A stretch of 64,000 nt of DNA from Malacoraja senta (Eukaryota), in NCBI GenBank assembly GCA_038087875.1, contig CM075988.1:26972001-27036000 (forward strand). Reading direction: 5' to 3'. Every line of letters starts with the position of its first letter. Position 1 is the stretch's first letter. The notes under the pieces were generated by a model. It was not told the DNA's origin. It worked only from the letters and a program-made list of their open reading frames with translations, and made no database searches. Positions 38,961-51,949 of this stretch are shown piece by piece. A program made the translations under genes and the position numbers.

Positions 38961-39852
38961 TTGACACCATCTAGACTTCCAGTGTCAATGACTAGGTGCA
39001 CCCTAGTGGACTAGTTTCAGATCAAACTAAATCTCTTCCAGTTTCCATCTGCCATTCTATCAGTCATTTCTAAAGGTCTCTTAGTTACCAAGTTATTAAT
39101 TAACCTTTCCTCAACGCACATAAATACTTAATAAACAATGCAACATTGATCAGCATCATTTTAGCAAAGAATGTAACTAGTTTACAATGCAAAGAAATTC
39201 CATACAACCTGATTAGTACCTCTTAAAAGGCCAACTTACACCCATAAAAAAACCTCTGTAATATTTAATTAACTTTTAATTGATTTTTTGAATTATTAAA
39301 ACTGATACAATACTAAAACCTAATTAAATATCACATTTGTAAGTGTTTTATTACAGTATTTTCAGAAACTCTGTGCTCTATGAGAGATAAGTTGTTCATA
39401 TTCAGATTGGAACTCATTGCACTTCAAACACTCAAAGTTGTAATGCTGAGTTGTTCTATAATTTAAAGCCCTATTCTGCAAGGTCCATCCTTCAGATAAT
39501 GCTTTTTATTGCACGTCTGATTTTTGTTCCACTTCCTGCACCAACATTCTCTGCCCGCTTGAATACAATGATCATTAGTGGTGTGGGGACATGTCATTTT
39601 GGAGCTGGGGTCTGATCATCGAACCCTTGCCCTGGAGCTGCTTCCGTACAGAGAGGATAATTCTGCATGTGTTTGAAATTTGAAGCACACATTAAAAATA
39701 TCCTGTGGATCAAACTAAACTAAACACAGATGCTACCTCATCTCCTGAGTTTTTCAACATCTTGCATTTTGATGCAAAGAGATTTTTATCTCTATCAGTG
39801 AGGCTGAATTACAAGCTCATTACATCAATGAAAGACTAATGGGCAAAAACAA

Positions 39853-40021
39853 TGGGGACCCGGCGTGGAGGGTCGGTGGGAGAACAAAGGGGGACCAGGC
39901 GTGGTGAAGGGGGGGCCCGGCGTGGGGGAGGGGGGACCCTACGTGGGGGAGGGGGGCCCTGCGTGGGGGAGGGGGGTCCCAGCGTGGGGGAGGGGGTCCC
40001 AGCGTGGGGGAGGGGGGGGGT
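39853..40021 (+). repeat. G-rich ~20-bp minisatellite
   Basis: Repeated (G)CGTGGGGGAGGGGG(G)NCCC units. Confidence 0.85.
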
Positions 40022-40324
40022 CACTCTACTTTAGAATCCTCTGCCCAGGGAATAAATCTGTGTTGTTCATTAGTTCCGGTGAAGGCGATGTGCACACGGC
40101 AGCCAGACAACAGTCCCTTGTCTTTTTCTTTTTGTTTTCACTTTTAATTTCAAGTTTCTGTGTACCTTGTGTGTTGTGACTGTCGGCAGACCAGTTTCCC
40201 CTCCGGTGATGAATAAAGTTTTATCTTATCTTATAAGCTTAAGTTTTGAAACTCCTAGCAGGCGAGGGAAGGGTGAGTGGTAAAATATTTGGATTTTAAC
40301 CCAAACCCATTCCTGCCGCATGGA

Positions 40325-40483
40325 GGATTGAACTTGGGGTGGGAGATTGCAACCTTCACGTGGTCCGCCCTGTTTCGATAAATGCAATCAACCTGGTGTG
40401 CACAATGAAATAAGATCAAATAGAACAAGTTGTCCAACAACTTTAGGCTGTGCACGCCATACGCAAGAAGAAGAAGAAGAAGA
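40325..40483 (+). mobile_element. (AAG)n-tailed retroposon 3' end, unclassified
   Basis: Ends ...gtgcacgccatacgc(aag)6; second copy inverted at 49976-50113. Confidence 0.75.
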
Positions 40484-41311
40484 GGAGTACTGAACTTGAC
40501 TGTACTTTTCTAATGGGTTAGCACAGATTTGGTGAGTTGAAGGATCTCATTATAACTCTATGTCTTTACTGATAACTCCCATCTCAAGCTGAAAATTGGG
40601 CTTGGTCTCAGATACCTACATAAGATTGCCTGGCAGGGGTTTACATCAGCCTTGATATGAATCTAACCATTTATTTGATGAATCTATTTCCTAAACGCAA
40701 AGATAAAGTGATTCTCACAGATAATGGTTGACGCTTCAATCTTGTGATACTATCGAATGAAATGGTTTGTCTCTTCTGTAGAGCACAGAAGAACAGAAAT
40801 ACATCAGGAAGTCTCCAGACAGCTCATTATTTCACTCGTTTTCTCTCCAAATCTCTAATAAACTTGCTGATCAAATGCTGAAGATATACAAGTGCCAGAG
40901 GGGTGCGCTGTGGTGGAGATCTCTCCTTATTAATTTCAGTGGCGATGTGTAAATTTGCCCTAAAAGCCCTAGACTGATGGTGTCGAATTAGGACAGTGGA
41001 GAACAAGATCCCCTTCATTAATACAAACAGCAATTTTTCCATCTGAAATCAGCGCCAATTATATTCCAATTAAAAATTTCAGAAAACATAACACAAGCAT
41101 AAACTGTATACATGTGTTGCTGTTCAGCTTCAAGGCATCTCAGCCATTTTAAAACTGACACAATAATTTTAAATAAATATTGATTGATTGATACTTTATT
41201 CTCAGGGGTACTTGAAACAGTGAGATTCTTCGTTAACATACAGTACAAGCCAACTCTGTAAGTTTCCATAAACAACAGTGGAATATGATTGACCAAACAG
41301 TTATGAACTGG

Positions 41312-41440
41312 TGGTACACAAAAATGCTGGAGAAACTCAGCGGGTGCAGCAGCATCTTCAGACTGATAGGGGGTGGGGGGAAGAAAGGAAAAAAGGAAAA
41401 AGGTGGAGGAGGAGCCCGAGGGCTGGGGGAGGGGAGGGGT
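41312..41440 (-). mobile_element. PLE-terminal fragment with internal deletion
   Basis: cacaaaaatgctggagaaactcagcgggtgcagcagcatcttcagactga. Confidence 0.7.
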
Positions 41441-41605
41441 CCAATTATCCAGAACTGGTGACCAGTTATCCGTTTATTGTGGCCCAGATTTAGGTGAACA
41501 ACCTTCCCCGGACAAGGGTAGAATTGACCTTACTTGAATCATGTCACAAACCTGCTACCCAACCCGATCCTCGTGCAGACATGTTTGCACACAGATCCTA
41601 TCTGG

Positions 41606-42053
41606 TCATAGAGACATACTGCATGAAAACAGGCCCTTCAGCCCAACTTGCCCAAGATGCACCATCTACACAAGTCGCACCTGTCCACATTTGGCTCATA
41701 TCCCTCTAAATCTTTCCTATGCATGTACCTGTTCAAATGTCCTTTAAATATTGTGATAGTACCTGCCTCGACAACCTCCTCTGGCAGCTCATTCTATATA
41801 CACACCACACTCTGTGTGAAAAAAGTTGCTCCTCAGGGTCTTTTCCCTCTCAACTTAAACCCAAGTTCCCCGGTTCTTGATTCACCTACCTGGGGTAAAA
41901 GACTGTGTGTTCACCCTATCTATTCCTCTCGTGATATTATACAGACAAAAGATCACGCCTCAGCCTCTTGTGCTCCAAGGAATAAATTCCTAGCCTGCGC
42001 AACCTCTCCCTGAAGCTCAGGACCTCGAGTCCTGACAACATCCTCATAAATCT
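41606..42053 (-). mobile_element. CR1 3' fragment
   Basis: Similar to 12524-12990. Confidence 0.85.
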
Positions 42054-42589
42054 GGGATGGAATAGTGCAAAACAAATCCTCTTCCTGAAACAGTGAAGAG
42101 AATTTTGACTGAAGGCTAAAATGCTCCCTAGGATTAGAAGTCAATAACTGTAACGGTTTCCAAAATATTCTGTCATTCAGTATAATTCAATTACATTTCA
42201 AAACTAATAAAACTTAAGCAATTTATTATAACTGAAATAACTATTCAAATATCTGAAATAGGAATCCTAAGCCATTTAAAAATGTTGTTTTAATAGATTC
42301 TCCAGCAGATGTTCTGGGTACTGTCTCAGACTCATACTTCACTGCGACACTCCAGCACAAAATAGAGTTAAGATTCAGATTAACCAGCCTTTTGATCCAA
42401 CAGCAGAATAACCTCGATGGGCTGAATGGCTTCCTCTTGTTCCCACCCATTATCAAGGCTCAACATCGCTCTCTGTCATTGGCCATGCCACTTCCCATTG
42501 GAGAGCTGATCCTTCAATGAGGAAACCTTATACAAAGCATGTGGTAAAGGAGGTGATTTTTATGATTGGTTTCACAAAAGCACATTATG

Positions 42590-43030
42590 CTCAAGTCAAG
42601 TTTATTATTCTATACACAAGTGTGGTGAGGTACAGGTATAGTGAAATGTTTGCTCACTACTGCACCAAAGGCATGCATGCAACACACAGGACATAACTTA
42701 TACATAAATGACACAAGATAGGAGAAATAAAAAGATTGTGCACAACAAGACATTAGTACAACAACACACTAAGAAACAAGTCCATGATAGTGCAAGAGGT
42801 GGTCCATGGTGTTCCACTGTTGAGGTGGAATTAGGATTGTGCAGATTGGTTGAAGAAACTTATGGATGTAGATAAGTAGCTGTTTCTGAGCAGTGTTGTG
42901 GGACTTCAGGCTGCGGCACCTCCTCGATGGTGACAGCGAGATGAGGGCCTGGTCTAGTGGGTGGGGATCTGTGATGATGGACACTGCCTTCTTGAGGCAG
43001 TGCCTCATGTAGATGCTTTAGATGGGATCG
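42590..43030 (-). mobile_element. Rex1/Babar 3' fragment, degraded
   Basis: RHCLKKAVSIITDPHP...LSPSRR. Confidence 0.7.
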
Positions 43031-43599
43031 TGGTCTCATGGAGCATACCCATGATTTCTACCCATTAAAAGTTAAAGATTGGGAGAAGAACCAACAATAT
43101 TCTCCTCACCACACAAAATCATACCTCAAATCTCTAATATGTCCAATTAGACTTAACCTTCAATCAATGTGGAGCAAATCTTTTCACTGCCAATTCAAAC
43201 CTACTCGGATAGGCACCAAAGATTCAGCAACAGCTGGTACAAATGGAAGTCCAGCCACGAGTAGACTGGTCACTGGTTTACTGGTTCAACTCTCTAGAAT
43301 TAAACCATGACACATGCAGTTCAGCACACACTGTGAATCCTCCCTCACGTATCGGCATGGGGAGTAATTGGAACTTGATAAATGCATGTAATGTTATACT
43401 CATTAATGGTAAATAATAGACTGAAGCTCAACAATTTATCTGTATTTCTGTTGGCAAGCATTCAGCGCTGCATTTGTTACTGCCAAGGGCTGAAATGCAG
43501 AGAGAGAGGATTAACAGTGTGATACCTACATCATTATGTAGTTACTTAGAAGGAAGAGGGGGTACAAGGAGAACTGTTCCTGAATCTTACAAATGGAAG

Positions 43600-43900
43600 A
43601 GCAATTTGTAGTTTACAACCACGAGCTAATAATTCACAGTCAATGGTGTATGTTTTGAGGAATGAGGAAATGCAGAACCAGTTATACACAGCAAGCTCCC
43701 ACAAGCAGGAATGGATGACATCCTATGAATCCCATTGATGATGGTCAGGACACGGGAGCGAGCTCTACTCTCACTTTATTCAATGGAGTTTCTCCCACCC
43801 ATCAAAATCCAGCACTTGTGACCATGCAACACTTCCCTGGCACTGAATTGGGAAAACCAACCTGGATGACAAGGCTACGTAGGAACCACCTCAACCCCAA
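43600..43900 (-). mobile_element. Deu-domain SINE relic
   Basis: acacagcaagctcccacaagcagga and ggtcaggacacgggag correspond to the reverse complement of the Deu core. Confidence 0.55.
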
Positions 43901-44879
43901 AGCCTCATAACATCAGGAAAAAAACACTGAAAAAACGTTGATGAATTAATAAACATCATTCATTTTTATTACTCTCTTTAATTACATTGATCAAATCCAT
44001 TAGTATCAGTGGCCACATGAAGTGTGACTGTTCTTCAAAGTGTTAACTTCATTAGAGCATAGCATTTTGATTGACTGCTATTAAAAATTCAAAGGAACCT
44101 ATCGATAGAAATCTATGATATTAATGCCTTTTGGTTTGAGCCGGACATCATTTTTGATCCTCCAATGTCTGTCAGCCAGGTAAATGGCATTCGAAGTTGT
44201 AAATATAATTTTATCTCCTCTCAAGTTTTCAAATTGTGCACCGTGTAGTAAATAAATGTCACAGCAACAAATAATTGATGGATAGCCTGTCTTACCTAGT
44301 TTGCACTCTATAACATTTTGATTTATATTATTTGCAGCATCCAAAACAATGGCACTCTGCTCATCAACAAGCTGATAAAATTCAATAAAGCACTGGAATT
44401 GAAATGAATAGAAGTCTCATTATTTGATGCTCCTGTGCGCAGTGTGCAATTTGCAGCACATAATGAACTCTGAACAAGCCGGATACTATCATGGTCTTTC
44501 AGTTGAAGGAAGACTTGCCCACTCGCTGACAGCTTGATGGGCTGGAATTACCTGCCTCTATCAGTCCCATGGTACAAAATGTATTACGGAAAAGTGAAAA
44601 ATGAACTCCAAGAGAATGGGGAATTAAATTACAAGGAGCTGTTTAAATTGGACGTGTTTGAGTTGGGTTTGGGAATTTTCTCGTATCCCAAACCATTATT
44701 CTTCATAAGGAGCTCGGAGATGAGACGTTAAATGGATTAGTTTGAACTTTAACAACTAAAACTAATCCAGGGCCATTTATAAGAAAAAGGAAATAGATGA
44801 AGAGCAGAGGGAAGGAGGGTTCGGACAGGAGGGGATCATGATAGATCCCATTAAAGACAGTGCAATCTTGAAAAAACAA

Positions 44880-45230
44880 TCGTGTTTCAGCATCACGGAA
44901 ATGATTCGGCATTGATTGACCATCGTTAATTGTCCTGGGGAAGCTGCTGACCCTAGAGTAGCTCATTGGGCCAAATGTCAAACACATGGCTGGGCCTGGA
45001 ATCACATGCAGGCCAGAGCAGACAAGAAAAGTCAATTGTCCAAAGGCCACTAATGAACCAGATCAGTTTCATTCAACAGCTCCATCGGTTTTTCAACGGT
45101 CATGAAAATTAAGTTGGTTGTTGTTCCAAACTCCAAATTATTAACTGAACATACGTTCCACGCTGGCATTTCCACTCAGGGCTGCAGATTAATTACAAGC
45201 CTAGCACTTTTACCACCGCAGCTAACCATT
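44880..45230 (-). mobile_element. Old chondrichthyan SINE relic
   Basis: ggaatcacatgcaggccaga...taatgaaccagat; reverse-complement similarity to 35045-35275. Confidence 0.55.
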
Positions 45231-45814
45231 GAAGGCGGAGAGACAAATTCTAGATGACAACTTTATTAAGATTTACCTCACAATAATGTGCCTTGCCATA
45301 TAATATATCAGTGGATGTCAACCTCAATGTGATATTTGTAGTCATTGCCGATGTCTTCTCATACCAGAAACTGTAATGTAGTTAAAATGGAGAAAATGGT
45401 GGATCACAGAAAAAGGCTCAGCCTTGTTTTAATCCCAATCCCAAATCCCATTACCATAATACTATAAAGGTTCCAAGTCTTCTACAATCTCATTATCAGT
45501 GGAACTGCTTTTAATAACCAAGGGAAATGCTTTCAGCAAATTATGTGGATAACATCTTCTCAGGTGCAGAGAGGTTGGGGCTTGTAATCAGAAGTCCTGC
45601 CAGCAGATGCATATTTAAAATTCAACCTTGCTCATATTGTCTCTACAATATTTACATTGTGATTACTATAGAAGGTTATTAAGATCATGTTCAGTGTTTG
45701 AAGATCAGGGGGACGGTGAACAGATGGGCAAGTATCTGAGTACCTGCGGCACTCTCCCTCCACAGTTCAGTGATACAGCCTGCAGGACTGAACTCTCACT
45801 GCACACTGACCTGA

Positions 45815-46120
45815 TCTTCCTTCCCCTTTCCTATTTTTCTCTCTTTTGATCACATTTTCTATTCCCCCCTTCTCCCCCCTTTCTCTCCCTCTCCCTTGCT
45901 CTTCTCCCCTCCTCTGCTCCTCCCCCTTCTCTCTCTCTATCACCACCCTCTCTTCCTACTGTCTCCTCTCCTTTATCTGTAGGCTTCCTGTCTACACCTC
46001 TCTCTTTCTATCTTTCTCTCTGTTCCTTTTCCCTTTCTCTGTTCCTCTCATTCCATCCTTTGTTTCTCCTCCCCCTTCTCTACCACCCTGTTCCCTTTCT
46101 CCCTCACTTCTTTGTCTCCT
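45815..46120. repeat. Polypyrimidine low-complexity tract
   Basis: ~300 bp almost entirely C/T. Confidence 0.9.
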
Positions 46121-46699
46121 ATGTGGTTATTCATTTGCCTGATTTGCCTGAAACTATTTTCTGCTACTTGCTGTTTCTCAGAACAAGATACTTTTGCTTT
46201 AATGATAACAACTCACAACCTATCCTTTAAGGAAGCAAATTATGAAGGAAAATGAAGCTTCAGAAGTTTAATACAATATTCACCTTGTGCTATTTGAAAT
46301 AAAAGGGTTTAAAAAGGACACTGTCATTGGAAAGTATTCACCTTTCTTATCGGTTCTGCAGTATAACACATTCCCACAGCCCAGGTCTGTTAGCTGCTGC
46401 TGAGAATAGGCTTTCCAAGTAACAGCGAGAGATAACCTTTAAAGAGAATTCATAATCTGCTCCCTCAAGACAATGGTCTCCTCACATTGAATGGACGGGG
46501 GCCCCAGTTATAGTGGGTGCTGAACAATGTTGAAGGGCAAAATCAAAATATTGCAGATGCTAAAAATGTGAAGTGCAAATGGAAAGTACTGAAATCTTAA
46601 GGCACCTTGGTTGCCATGGACAAATTGGGAGGGGGTGGGGTTTGGCCTGTTTCCATGCTGTACGACTCCATGTCTCTAATTAAATTATAAATACGTCCC

Positions 46700-47200
46700 A
46701 ACACAGGAAGGATGTGGAGGCTTTGGCGAAGGTGCAGAGGAGGTTGACCAGAACGCTGCCTGGATCAGTGGATATTAGCTGCAGGGAGAGTTAGGCTCAA
46801 CGTATGTTTTCTCTGTAACGCCAAAAGTTGCGGGAAGACCTGATTGAAGAATATAGAATTATGAGAGGCATAGATAGCGGAGAGAGTTGGAATCTTTTTC
46901 TCAGAATGGAAAGATCAAATACGAGAGGGCATTGCTTTAGAGTGAGAGGGGTAAAGTTTAAAAGAGCAAATTGTTTAAATACAGGGTAGTAAGTGCCTGG
47001 AACGTGCTGCCATGGGGTGGTGGTTGAGGCAGGTTTGATCGTGGCATTTAAAAGGCTTTTGGATAGGCATATGGGTATATAGGGAATGGAGGGATATGGG
47101 TTATGTGCAGGCAGATAACAATTGGTCCTGGCATCATGTTCTGCACAGACATTGTGGGCTGAAGGGCCTGTTCTTGTGCTGTACTGTTCTATGTTCCATG
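46700..47200 (+). mobile_element. CR1 3' fragment
   Basis: RKDVEALAKVQRRLTRTLPG remnant through the CR1 tail. Confidence 0.82.
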
Positions 47201-47373
47201 TAATACTCTGGCAGGGACATGGTCTTACGTGCAAAATCCAGCATTTGGGCAGTTCCACATGTAATTCCATGGGCAAGATGGACTCCCTCGGGTAGAATGA
47301 GATGTGAGATGTGTTCTTTGGTCATCTGGATTTGTCAATGAGAAACCCTAGATAGTGGAACCCCAAGCAATCA

Positions 47374-47500
47374 CATAGAACATAGAACAATACAGCACAG
47401 GAACAGGCCCTTCGGCCCACAATGTTTGTGCCAAACATGTTGCCAACATGAACTTATCTCATCTCCCTACTCCTCCATTTTTTGCATATCCGTGCCTAGA
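47374..47500 (-). mobile_element. CR1 3' terminal fragment
   Basis: catagaacatagaacaatacagcacaggaacaggcccttcggccc. Confidence 0.75.
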
Positions 47501-48827
47501 GCAGGGGTTGCTATCCATGCCTTGCTAGGGAAACGCAACAGGTTGTGTCACTCATTACCTCTGAGGCTGCACAGTGGAAGCAGTTAGTGTTGGTTGTCTG
47601 TGTGGAGTTTGCACGCTGTTCCTGTGACCACAAGAGTTTCCTAGGGAAATCCCACATCTCAAAAACTTGTTGCTGTCTTAATTAGCAACCATAAATAGCC
47701 CCAAGTAGACTTGGGGGGGAGATAGGTAGGGTGGGGTTTGTGATGTCCATGAATGGGATGTGAGAGAGACGAGATTACAGGAAACTTCGTGGAAAATGGG
47801 ACTGATAGAAAAGCTTTCTGCACCAACATAAACTCAATGGGCTGAATGGCCTCACTGCACATTGTGCAGAAGTGCTGGGTCCAATTTCCAGTGTGGCTCA
47901 GAGTGCACGATCAGGCACTTCCCTTCAGCCTAGTACTGGAAAATACCAGCACAATACATCGGAAGTGTTTTGTTCAACCAGGAAGTCACAGATAGAGGAT
48001 GGTCACAAACATAAATTAAATAGAAAATTAGGAGATGCTTCTTTAGCCAGGAACTGGTTAAAAAGTGGAGCAGCTGAAATAAACTGCACTGGTGGATTTA
48101 CAAGGAATTTGAAAATAGATTATGTTGATGGGATTTATAAAGGAAAGTGAGGAAACCTTGGGGAAAAGAATGATATTGTAATCCTGATTGCCTGACCTAA
48201 TTGCCTGATTCAGCTGTGTAAATTGCTGGAGTAACTCAACAAGTCAGGCAGCATCTGTGGAGACAATGGATAGGTGACATGTTGGGTCATCAGATAACAC
48301 AAAAGTTATTTTTTGTTAAAACCTTGCAACTTGATATCTCTGGGGTCTATGTTGCACTTTAATAACATTTGAACTGTCTTGTTCTGCAGAGTAAAAGTGT
48401 TCACATAATGGCTCGCTTTATCAATTTAATGAGCAAATGCACAGATACTTCCAATTAAAACTAACTGCCATTGAATGAAATGCTGGATCATCGCAATAAC
48501 ATTGGTTGGAGCAGTTCCTAAAACATCATGGGAACACTGAAGGTGCAAAAATATCTCTATAAATTAGCACACTGCCCCTATGTATTAATTAAAATTTAAT
48601 TTTAAACCCACACTGCAAATATTTTGATCCTTTTAAAATGTTACTTGCAATAAATCTCATGAAGTGATAGTGGAGCTTATAGAACCATAATTACAAAGAA
48701 ATTGTAGTGCATAATTTGGGACAATGAATAATCCATGTTTCCTTACAGCATGGGAGGCCAAATGGGCCAACTAAATCTATACCACCTCACAAAACAATGC
48801 CACCTCCACTAATGTTCATTGGGACAA

Positions 48828-48925
48828 TCAGTCTGAAGAAGGTTCCTGAGCTGAAACTTTGCCTGTCCGTTGTCTCCACAGACACTGCCTGACACACTGA
48901 GTTCCTCCAGCACTTTGTGTTTTGC
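48828..48925 (+). mobile_element. Degenerate PLE-terminal unit
   Basis: tcagtctgaagaaggttcc...gaaac...ctgagttcctccagcactttgtg. Confidence 0.7.
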
Positions 48926-49504
48926 ACAGATGTAGACTTGCTGGTCGGTGTGGATAGTGGGCTGAAAGGACTTGTTTTGCTGCATGTCTATAATTAGCCA
49001 AATATTAGCTTTAGGTTTATGGTTCGTGTTGTCACCGGTACTGAGCAACAGTGAAAAGCTTTGTTTTGCACAGTATCCAATCAAATCAGATAATACTATA
49101 CATAAATACAATGAAACTTATGTACAAGTAGATAGAGCAAAGGGAAAGATGCAGAGTTAGAACATAGTTGTCAGCATTGCAGCACATCAGTTCCAGAGAT
49201 GAACATACCATTGGGGGAAAAGGTGCTGTTTATTCAAAGCAATGGCAAATTGATCCATGTGCTTAGAGATTTGCATCTCATGAAGTTCTCCTTACTCCCC
49301 TGAGGTTGTCCGACAGGTTCTGTATTCATTACAGCACTGCATCATTACAAAGCATCATTTTTTTCAGGAAATACATATCAACGTGTCTCATGATTTATTT
49401 TCTGTTTCAGTTAAGGAAGATGCATTATCCAGTTATAATTGATGGATGATGGCAGCGGACTTGAAATGTCATAGAGTCATGGTCAAAGAGCATGGGTCAT
49501 GCCA

Positions 49505-49770
49505 TGTCAATAGAGTCATACAGGTCCTTCAGCCCAACTTGCCCTTGTTGACCAACATGCCTCATCTACACCAGTCCAACCTGCCTGCTTTTGGCTCATA
49601 TCCTTCAATGCCTGTCCTATCCATGTACTTGTCTAACTGTTTCTTAAACATTGCGATAGTCCCAGCCTCAACTACCTCCTCTGACAGCTTGTTCCATACA
49701 CCCACCACCCTTTGTGTAAAAGTTACCCCTAAGGTTCCCATTTAGTCTTTTCCCCCCTATGTCTTCTATT
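49505..49770 (-). mobile_element. CR1 3' fragment
   Basis: Similar to 12560-12790. Confidence 0.82.
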
Positions 49771-49975
49771 TCTGAATCCAGACTGTTTAGGTCTGTTTGC
49801 CCCACTTCTACCAACCTATCCCTCCTCACCTGCACCCACCTACATTCACAACCACACTGTATCATTGAGACAATCTTCCCATATTCAATTCCTTTATGAA
49901 CTAACTGACTTTAGTTAAATATTTTTCAGTGTTTTTATTGGTTCTTCACTATATAAATATAAATCAACATTTTAC

Positions 49976-50113
49976 TTCTTCTTCTTGTGTATGACGTGCA
50001 CAGCCTAAAGTTGTAAGACAACTTGTTCTGTTTGATCTTCTGTTTGTGCACGCCAGGTTGATTGCATTCGTTGAAACAGGGTGGACCGCGTCAAGGTTGC
50101 AATCTCCTACCCC
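49976..50113 (-). mobile_element. (AAG)n-tailed retroposon, second copy
   Basis: Reverse complement of 40337-40475. Confidence 0.75.
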
Positions 50114-50491
50114 TCCATTTTACTGACAGAAGGAACGTTCCGGAGATTGATCATGATCTGGACTTACATAAATCAATGCACATTGATCATTGTGTGTCTG
50201 GCTAGGGTGCCTTTCCCATACACGGGTGAAGTGATTAGCATCCTGTCAGTTGCTGTACCTAAAGTTAATGTTTGGTTATATTAAGTGTTTAAGATTAAGG
50301 TCATGTTGGTAAGATATGAACAATGTGTAGAATTTTCATTACACTAGATCACATCAGGTTGGTGACAAGCTGAAAATTATCTCTGCAATCCTTTGGAACA
50401 CCTGTATTCATCGCATATCAATGAAGGTAGATGCGGTGTGGAGAATACTATGTACAAATATTACCCTATGAAAACTCAACATTGGCAAGTT

Positions 50492-51024
50492 GGGGCAATG
50501 GTAGAGTTGCTGCCTAGAGCTGTTGCCTCGAGTTGCTGCCTCGAGCTGCTGCCTCACAGCTCCAGAGACCCGGGTTCGATCCTGTTTACAGGAGCTGTCT
50601 GTACGTAGTTTGCACAATCTCCCTGTGACCACGGGTTTCATCCGGGTGCTCCAGTTTCCTCCCACATTCCAAAGAAGTGCAGGTTTGTTGGTCATCGGTG
50701 CCGGCTCTGATTTATTTTGAACCTTATGATACCTCCAGCTTCTCTCTCCCCTGACACTCAGTCTAAAGAAGGGTCTGGACCTGAAATGTCACCTATTCCT
50801 TCACTCCAGAGATGCTGCCTGTCCCACTGAGTTTTGCATTTTGTGTCTGTCTTCGGTGTAAACCAGCATCTGCAGTTCCTTCCTGCACAGGTTGATTGTA
50901 GGTTAATTGGCTTCTATAAACTATCCCTAGTGTGTATGATTGAACTAGGTGTGTGGGTAATAGCTGGTCAGCATGGACTCGGTGGGCCGAAGGGCCTGTT
51001 TCCACGCTGTATCTCCAAACTAAA
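50492..51024 (+). mobile_element. HE1-type SINE interrupted by a PLE-terminal insertion (~50695-50888)
   Basis: SINE head with GGTTCGATCC; PLE unit cagtctaaagaagggtctggacctgaaatgtcac; SINE resumes at caggttgattgtaggttaattggc. Confidence 0.85.
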
Positions 51025-51949
51025 GGTCGGGACTATTTGTAGGGAAGGAAACAGCACAATTTCAGTCAATAATCATCTGCAGATATTTAATTTTTAGAAA
51101 ATCCCATCGTTTGTGCATTTTTAATTTTAGCCTGGTCTCTGTAAGTTCTGTCGCAGCATTATAAATCTACAATTGGCATCGATCCTCAAATTAAATATAA
51201 GGCGGGTTCAACACATCTAGTTGATGTGGAGTTGGAACATTTGGATGAGGAGGCAGGGAAGCAGGGAGAGTTTGAGATGGAACTTCAACAAGGCATCCCT
51301 TCACTTGAAGCAGCAATCAGGCAAGAGGGCAACAGACACAGTCATCTGTGCCGCACAAACCAATACTTCTGCACTGCTGTTGGTAATCATTTTAATTTAA
51401 CATAGAAATAAAATGTCCAAGGGTGACAGAAGGTTGCCTCTGAATGTCTGCTTAAGGACTGATTGCAAATAATCTTCACATTGTCTCTTCACTGCTGCAT
51501 CTGAGCTGACTGTCATTGATGACAGTTGTGGGTCAACAAGGGATTGAGTATTTGTTACTTTATGCTGATGCCCAGCAAGTCTCTCTCTAGGCATAGGTTC
51601 TGTGTTTGACAGTATTGTTAATGAAAAGTAGCAAAGACTGGTTGAGTAAAAGACCAGATGCAGTATCTTTCCTGCTCAGACATCCCTCAATGAAGATGTA
51701 ATTGTCCCACGGTGGTTTGGTTGCCAGTTTGGTTCCCACTACTACACTTAAACATCTGCCACAGAAATTCAGCGAGTTCCTCCAATACATTGTTCCACCA
51801 CAAATGCTGCTTGACCCACTGAGTTTCTCTAGAAGTTAACTTCTAAAAGTTTTGTATCTGAAGTGCATTCCTGTGTTGCCTGGAAGTCCCACTGAGTTTT
51901 ACAACATCGAATGATTGATCTACCCCTCCTCCCCCTCCAGCCTAATTCA

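Noticed and set aside
51221..51382. Acidic open stretch (DVELEHLDEEAGKQGEFEMELQQG...) as an exon
   Set aside because: Weak splice signals and no recognisable family.
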